From contig NZ_JAQFIQ010000016.1 in NCBI RefSeq assembly GCF_029504745.1, forward strand, positions 14,215-46,214: a stretch of 32,000 nucleotides of DNA, read 5' to 3'. This DNA comes from Breznakia sp. PF5-3 (GTDB lineage Bacteria; Bacillota_I; Bacilli_A; Erysipelotrichales; Erysipelotrichaceae). How positions within the stretch are numbered: the stretch's first letter is position 1; each line of letters opens with the position of its first letter. Both the position numbers and the translations under genes were made by a program. The notes under the pieces were generated by a model. The model searched no databases. It saw only the letters and a list, made by a program, of their open reading frames with translations, and was not told the DNA's origin. Shown here in pieces: positions 27,091 to 32,000 of the stretch.

Positions 27091-27962
27091 ATGAATTGGA
27101 TAAATCAAATTAATGAAGTAGTGGCATATATCGAGCAAAATCTTGATGGAGAAATTGATAATCACCAAATCGAAAAATAGCCAATTGTTCTATTTATAAT
27201 TTCCAAAGATTATTCTCATATATTGCAAATCAATCACTTGCTAGTTATATTCGCGATCGACGATTAACGTTAGCAGCTTATGAAATTTTAAAGGGGGAGA
27301 GGAATATTCTTGAGGTTGCCATACTTTATGGATATTCATCTAACGAATCCTTTGCACGTGCATTTCATAAGTTTCATGGTGTATTACCATCAAAAGTGAA
27401 AGTAGAAAGAGTACAGTTGAATTCAATACCTAAGATCTTCTTTCAATTAAATATTAAAGGAGATATACAGATGAAATACACAATTGAAGATTGGCCAGCA
27501 TTTGAAGTGTCTGGCTTTAAAGAAAGCATTGTGGTAGAGGAATCATTTCAAAAGATTCCTGTATTATGGGATGAAGCATTAAAAAGTAATAGATTTAAAG
27601 AACTTATTGATTTATGGAAAAGAGCAGATATGCGTCCAGTTGGTGTATTAGGAGTAGCCTATGGAGTAGAAGGCTCAGCAACGTCAATGATGGATTATAT
27701 TCTAGGTGTTACAACCTATGTTGATGTTGTAGAATGTTCAAGAATGGAAATTCCTAAAATGATGCAAACAATTAAAATTCCAAAGGCAAAATGGATTGTT
27801 ATTCAAGCTGATGGGGATGCAGCTGAAGCTGTTCAAGAGGTTTACAAAACCTTTTATTCTCAGTGGTTACCAAATTCAGGATATCAACTAGCAGATTTAC
27901 CTGTAGTTGAATGTTATAAACAAAATGGACATCAAGAAGTTTGGATTGCTATTCAAAAATAA
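27091..27962 (+). pseudogene. AraC-family regulator with C-terminal GyrI-like effector domain, interrupted by a 1-nt frameshift
   Basis: Frame 1: MNWINQINEVVAYIEQNLDGEIDNHQIEK* with the stop at 27178-27180. The next frame, open from 27162, continues KIANCSIYNFQRLFSYIANQSLASYIRDRRLTLAAYEIL...YGYSSNESFARAFHKFHGVLPS (the two AraC HTH motifs) and runs into the track ORF 27396..27962 (GyrI-like). Adding one A to the A5 run at 27173-27177 restores a single 290-aa ORF. Confidence 0.8.
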
Positions 27963-27983
27963 GAAGAGTGTTATGACACTTTT

Positions 27984-28005
27984 CTTTTTCTTTGCAAAGA
28001 AAAAA
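27984..28005. repeat. Perfect 22-bp palindrome CTTTTTCTTTG/CAAAGAAAAAG
   Basis: Read directly from the sequence. It lies 22 nt after the AraC-like stop and is followed by TTTGG. It could be a terminator hairpin or a protein-binding site. Confidence 0.4.
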
Positions 28006-28085
28006 GTTTGGAAAAGGAAAAAATGGAGTTTGTTTTTAAGAATATAAAGAAAGAAAGTAACAGTTGATAATGGGATATGATAGAA

Positions 28086-28094
28086 TGTTATAAT
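28086..28094 (+). promoter_or_regulatory. Extended -10 element (TGTTATAAT) upstream of the HAD phosphatase gene
   Basis: Perfect TGnTATAAT 59 nt upstream of ATG 28153. SD AAGGAG at 28145-28150. Confidence 0.45.
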
Positions 28095-28152
28095 GTGGAG
28101 GATTTAAGATGCAGTATAAAAAAGATGTAGTGTGTTTATATAATCAAGGAGT

Positions 28153-28950
28153 ATGGATATGATAAAGTTGGTTTTATGTGACATGGATGGAACGCTTTTA
28201 CATGATGATAAAAGTTTGCCAAAAGATATCTATGAGATATATCGTAAGTTATTGGATAAGAATGTGTACTGTGGAATTGCAACTGGGAGATCTTTGTTAT
28301 CAATACAAAGAGACTTTGCATCATTAAAAGATGAATTGATTTTTATAATTGAGAATGGTGCAGCAGCATATTATAAGGGAGAGGTTCTTTATCGGACAAT
28401 AATGGATAAAAAATTTATTCATAAGGTGATTGATGAAAGTCAAAAAATAAATGATATTCAATTAATTTTGGCTGGTGAAACACAAACGTATTGTGAAGCA
28501 TGTAGTGAGGAAGAATTAGAATTGTTTAAGATTTATTATCCAAAGATTCAAGTTGTAGAATCACTTTATGATGTGGATGCTGATATTATGAAGATGACGG
28601 TTTTTAATAAGCGTAATCAAGCAGAAGAAAATTATCCTTTTTTCTTACAATTTAAAGAGCAGGCGAATATTATTACATCAGGAAAAGAATGGATTGATAT
28701 CTCTGTGTTAGGTGCAAATAAAGGAAAAGGAGTAAAGGTAATTCAAGAGAAGTTTCATTTAAAAAAGGAAGAATGTATGGCTTTTGGTGATTATATGAAT
28801 GATTATGAAATGATGCTAAATGTAGGAGCATCATATGCGATGGGAAATGGACATCCTAAAATCAAAGAAATAAGCAAACATATAATTGGTACTAATGAAG
28901 AAGAAGCAGTACTTCAAACATTGCGAAAAGAATTCAAACTAGAAGATTAA
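28153..28950 (+). CDS. Cof-type HAD-IIB family sugar-phosphate phosphatase
   Basis: 265 aa. Motif I LCDMDGTLL, motif II ATGRS and motif IV FGDYMNDYEM, with the Cof/YidA-type cap length. Confidence 0.8.
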   Translation: MDMIKLVLCDMDGTLLHDDKSLPKDIYEIYRKLLDKNVYCGIATGRSLLSIQRDFASLKDELIFIIENGAAAYYKGEVLYRTIMDKKFIHKVIDESQKINDIQLILAGETQTYCEACSEEELELFKIYYPKIQVVESLYDVDADIMKMTVFNKRNQAEENYPFFLQFKEQANIITSGKEWIDISVLGANKGKGVKVIQEKFHLKKEECMAFGDYMNDYEMMLNVGASYAMGNGHPKIKEISKHIIGTNEEEAVLQTLRKEFKLED

Positions 28951-29043
28951 AAGAGCTTATATATATGAGCTTTTAATCGTTTATTTTTATTCCGCTTTTA
29001 TATAAAGTATTGTATAATGATATAACATAAGGAGATAATTAAT

Positions 29044-30006
29044 ATGGAAATGATTAAATTGAAACCAGCATACAAAGATTATCTGTGGGGTGGAACCAAA
29101 TTAAAAGATATTTATGGTATGAAAACAGATTTAGATATTGTTGCTGAAGCGTGGGAGTTAAGTGCTCATCCAGATGGTCCAGCTACAGTTGAAAACGGAT
29201 CTTATGCTGGTAAACTATTTACAGAATATCTACAAGGTATGGGAAAAGCTGTTTGGGGTAAAAATGCACAACATTTTGAACAATTTCCTATTTTGATTAA
29301 GTTTATTGATGCAAAGCAAGCATTATCAATTCAAGTACATCCAGATGATGAGTACGCACTTCGTGTTGAACATGAATATGGAAAAAATGAAATGTGGTAT
29401 ATTGTTGATTGTGAGCCAGGATCATTTTTATATTATGGAGTAAATCAAAATTTGACGAAAGAAGAATTTAGAGCTCATATTGAGAATGACACAATATTGG
29501 ATGTACTTAATAAAGTGGAAGTAAAAAAAGGAGATTGTTTCTTTATTAAATCGGGGACAATTCATGCGATTGGAGCAGGATGTTTGATTTGTGAAATCCA
29601 ACAAAACTCTAACTCTACGTATCGTGTTTATGATTTTGATCGTGTTGGTGTAGATGGAAAACCTCGTGAGTTGCATATCCAAAAAGCAGTAGATGTAAGC
29701 CAATTAACACCGAGTGCAAAAAATGGTGAACCAGAAGGTAAAAAAGAAAGCTTTGATGGTTACAGTGATACTTTGCTTGCTGCAAGTGAATATTTTACAA
29801 CTAATGAATATGAAGTTGAAAAAGAAGTAGCACTTCGTGCAGATGAAACAAGTTTTCAATCGATTATTATCCTACATGGAGAAGGTAAAGTTGTATCTGA
29901 AAAACAAACACTTGATTTTAAAATGGGTGATAGTATCTTTGTTCCTGCAGGATTTGGTGATTTCAAGGTGATTGGTAAATGTAGTTTTATCAAGACGAAT
30001 CTATAG
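29044..30006 (+). CDS. manA: Mannose-6-phosphate isomerase, class I (Firmicute type)
   Basis: 320 aa. KPAYKDYLWGGTKL, LSIQVHPDD, NEMWYI and GTIHAIGAG motifs (cupin metal ligands). Confidence 0.85.
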   Translation: MEMIKLKPAYKDYLWGGTKLKDIYGMKTDLDIVAEAWELSAHPDGPATVENGSYAGKLFTEYLQGMGKAVWGKNAQHFEQFPILIKFIDAKQALSIQVHPDDEYALRVEHEYGKNEMWYIVDCEPGSFLYYGVNQNLTKEEFRAHIENDTILDVLNKVEVKKGDCFFIKSGTIHAIGAGCLICEIQQNSNSTYRVYDFDRVGVDGKPRELHIQKAVDVSQLTPSAKNGEPEGKKESFDGYSDTLLAASEYFTTNEYEVEKEVALRADETSFQSIIILHGEGKVVSEKQTLDFKMGDSIFVPAGFGDFKVIGKCSFIKTNL

Positions 30007-30013
30007 GTGACAT

Positions 30014-30442
30014 ATGATTGTAAAGAAAGAATTACATGTAAGTGACAAGGAATTTTTTGATTATATTTTGAATAATTTACATAAAGAATTAAAACGTATT
30101 GTATCACGCAATATAAAGAGAAGTGATATTAAAGAAGGGTATACTTTTGTGAAACGGTATAAGCAGGGAAATGCTACCATAGAAATTGATTGTAAGATTG
30201 AAGAGTTAGATATTCCCAAAGCTTATAAATTAGTAATGAGTACACCAAAAACGGATCAGATTATTGCACATCGTGTTACTAAAATCGATGATGATCATAT
30301 TGAGCTAGAATATGAAGAAGATGTGATTAGCAAAAGTTTATATGTGAAGTTGAATAAGTTTTTCAAAGGCTCTAGTGCTCGAAAGAAGATGGAAAAGACT
30401 TTAGATATGCTTGAGTTTGAAATTATTAGTAAGAAGAAATAA
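30014..30442 (+). CDS. DUF3284-like small protein (often linked to sugar/PTS loci in Firmicutes)
   Basis: 142 aa. The N-terminus MIVKKELHVSDKEFFDYILNNLHKEL and overall size resemble DUF3284 proteins as I recall them. It begins 7 nt after manA. Confidence 0.45.
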   Translation: MIVKKELHVSDKEFFDYILNNLHKELKRIVSRNIKRSDIKEGYTFVKRYKQGNATIEIDCKIEELDIPKAYKLVMSTPKTDQIIAHRVTKIDDDHIELEYEEDVISKSLYVKLNKFFKGSSARKKMEKTLDMLEFEIISKKK

Positions 30443-30497
30443 GGGGTATATAATATCTCTTATTTTATTTTTATTTATAATGTGGTAGGATGAAAAT

Positions 30498-30956
30498 ATG
30501 AAAAAAATAATATTAGGATTACTTGTATGCTTTTTATTTGCCTGTGGGAATGGAAGTAAAGAGAAAGATGAAGTAAAGATTAAATTGAATGAGAATAAGG
30601 GTGAAGTTGTAGCATTGACGCTGGATGAACTAATAACCAAAATGGAAAATGAGGAAAGCTTTGTCTTTTTGTTTTCGCAAACATACTGTGGATCATGTAT
30701 GAGTTTTTTTGCTGAAAGCGATGAATACACAAAAGAAATTGGATTGACGTTGTATGATGTAACTTTGGATAGTGAAAAGAAAACGGAGGCGGAACAGCAA
30801 GCGATATTTGATAAACACTTTAGTGATTTTTCAGCAACACCAACTATATATTTTGTGAGTAATGGAGAAGTGAAAGATTCATTAAATTCAAGTGAAGAAG
30901 ATGTATCATTGGATAGTTATAAGAAATTTTTAAAGGAAAATAAAGTAATTAAATAA
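30498..30956 (+). CDS. Thioredoxin-fold lipoprotein with CxxC motif
   Basis: MKKIILGLLVCFLFACG is a signal peptide with the lipobox L-F-A-C. FVFLFSQTYCGSCMSF places a C-G-S-C motif after a beta-strand, as in thioredoxin-like proteins. ATPTIYFVSNGE resembles the cis-Pro strand region. Confidence 0.6.
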   Translation: MKKIILGLLVCFLFACGNGSKEKDEVKIKLNENKGEVVALTLDELITKMENEESFVFLFSQTYCGSCMSFFAESDEYTKEIGLTLYDVTLDSEKKTEAEQQAIFDKHFSDFSATPTIYFVSNGEVKDSLNSSEEDVSLDSYKKFLKENKVIK

Positions 30957-31041
30957 TTAAAAAGTGCAAGGGAAATGCAAATTAATGTAAATACAAACTT
31001 CTTGAATAAAGATTATAATATGCTTAGAAGAGGTGGCAGAT

Positions 31042-31524
31042 ATGAAAAAGAAATTGGGGATTATCTTATTAAGTGGAGCATTTTTATTTTCTGGATGTAG
31101 TTCAGAAGAAAAGGCTGATAAAGTTATGACTTGTTATATGATGACAACAGTGGAAGATTCAACTTATACTTCACTTATTGAAATTGAATATAATGAGGAT
31201 TCTAAAAAAGTTATAAAAGGGAGTGTAGACAATAACTATACAGATTTGAAGAAAACAGATACGAATGGAAGCATCTTACAAGATTTATCAGAACTTCAAA
31301 CAGCACATGATGCGATTGAGGGTGTAAGTGTCACACTTGATGTAACAGAGAGTGAATTTGCTTATAAAGAGGAATGGGATTATCTAGCATTAGATATGAA
31401 GGAAGTCTTGGAAGCTGATAAGGATTTGGAAAGATTTATTAGCAAAGATTCATTTTCACTTAAGAAGCTAAAAGAAGTATATACGCGAGAAGGATATTCT
31501 TGCACAGAAGAAGATAAAAAGTAG
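31042..31524 (+). CDS. Lipoprotein, possibly YehR/DUF1307-like
   Basis: MKKKLGIILLSGAFLFSGC has the lipobox F-S-G-C. I prefer ATG 31042 (SD GAGGTGG 7 nt upstream) over the track's GTG at 31033. The family guess is tentative. Confidence 0.55.
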   Translation: MKKKLGIILLSGAFLFSGCSSEEKADKVMTCYMMTTVEDSTYTSLIEIEYNEDSKKVIKGSVDNNYTDLKKTDTNGSILQDLSELQTAHDAIEGVSVTLDVTESEFAYKEEWDYLALDMKEVLEADKDLERFISKDSFSLKKLKEVYTREGYSCTEEDKK

Positions 31525-31527
31525 AAA

Positions 31528-32000
31528 TGAAGTGACCCCAATAAGTTGGAAGTAATGTCATTGGTGTAATTGAAGGACTTGAGTTCTGTAAGCTACAGGA
31601 CTCAGTCCTTTTAATTTTACTTTAATGCGTTTAACGTTATAGTACTCAATATATTCTGTTATTGCTTTCCTTAGCTCTTGTAGATTCTTAAATGTGTGTT
31701 CTTCTCCATAAAACATTTCTGATTTCAATATCCCAAAGAAACTCTCCATCATCCCATTATCCATACTATTTCCTTTCCTTGACATACTTTGTTGAATTCC
31801 TTTTTCTTTTAATTCATGGATATAACTGAAGTGTTGATATTGCCATCCCTGATCGCTATGAAAGATTAAACCTGTGACTACTGGATTCCTTTCAAAAGCA
31901 TCTTTAAGCATCTCTTTGATTTGTTTTAAGTTTGGCGATATGGATAGATTAAATGAAACTACTTCGCCATTGAACCCATCTAGAATAGGTGATAAGTATA
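31528..32000 (-). mobile_element. IS3-family insertion sequence, terminal part (continues past the right window edge)
   Basis: The + strand from 31528 reads TGAAGTGACCCCAATAAGTTGGAAG, a TG-initiated terminal inverted repeat of the type seen in IS3/IS150-group elements. The transposase ORF ends 30 nt inside it. The element begins 3 nt after the lipoprotein stop codon (31522-31524). Confidence 0.7.
31558..32000 (-). CDS. IS3-family transposase OrfB (rve integrase core), C-terminal part
   Basis: The track ORF 31558..31911 is only the part after an internal Met. The frame stays open to 32000 (…YLSPILDGFNGEVVSFNLSISPNLKQIKEMLKDAF…). It has the HSDQGWQY (DDE region), MSRKGNSMDNGMMESFFGILKSE and C-terminal KLKGLSPVAYR motifs, which are classic for IS3 OrfB. 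Confidence 0.85.
   Translation of the reverse strand, partial: YLSPILDGFNGEVVSFNLSISPNLKQIKEMLKDAFERNPVVTGLIFHSDQGWQYQHFSYIHELKEKGIQQSMSRKGNSMDNGMMESFFGILKSEMFYGEEHTFKNLQELRKAITEYIEYYNVKRIKVKLKGLSPVAYRTQVLQLHQ

Noticed and set aside
28109-28162. 17-aa ORF (MQYKKDVVCLYNQGVWI) with the SD-like GTGGAGG, overlapping the HAD gene start
   Set aside because: The SD-like sequence falls at or before the probable transcription start implied by the extended -10 at 28086-28094. The peptide has no recognisable features.
28136-30730. Minus-strand ORFs 28136..28324, 29428..29703, 29856..30107 and 30401..30730
   Set aside because: They are antisense to the HAD, manA, DUF3284-like and lipoprotein genes, with low-complexity translations.

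Overview
This is an AT-rich chromosomal segment from a low-GC Bacillota (Firmicutes) organism. The metabolism looks anaerobic and gut-type: pyruvate:ferredoxin oxidoreductase, a two-subunit class I fumarase and a malic enzyme. All calls come from reading the ORF translations and the DNA by eye. No database search was run, so family names are motif-level recognitions.

Layout, left to right:
- A partial MATE exporter gene (-) preceded by a strongly Shine-Dalgarno (SD)-driven 14-codon uORF.
- A tightly overlapping operon of malic enzyme, fumarase alpha, fumarase beta and cutC (-).
- A VanZ-like gene (-).
- An ECF S-component gene (NiaX-like) whose promoter carries a GTGTCATGACAC palindrome (-).
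- A LicR/MtlR-type PRD activator (-), divergent from a 9-gene + strand locus: lactose/cellobiose-type PTS EIIB, EIIC and EIIA, three tandem GH1 6-phospho-beta-glycosidases, and two tandem YczE/YitT-like membrane proteins.
- An operon of nnr, a degenerate PfkB-like gene and an orphan EIIA.
- A compact 5-gene operon: three small helical proteins, a lipoprotein, and a 515-aa GHSKGG alpha/beta-hydrolase with a long helical C-terminus.
- A DUF368 (PopT-type) membrane protein, PFOR, and a GyrI-like protein.
- An AraC/GyrI regulator broken by a 1-nt homopolymer frameshift.
- A Cof-type HAD phosphatase, manA, a DUF3284-like protein, and two lipoproteins.
- The end of an IS3-family element at the right edge.

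I saw no rRNA, tRNA or CRISPR array.

The two candidates most worth follow-up:
1. The 18.2-21.6 kb operon resembles a type VII secretion (T7SSb) lipase toxin module with reversed domain order (TslA, Tla partners and TilA immunity in S. aureus). No secretion machinery is in view.
2. In the PTS locus, all three GH1 paralogues carry Gln in place of the catalytic acid/base Glu (N-Q-I-N instead of N-E-I/P). This is the myrosinase-type substitution. It suggests a phospho-thioglycoside or activated-aglycone pathway rather than an ordinary cellobiose/aryl-beta-glucoside pathway.
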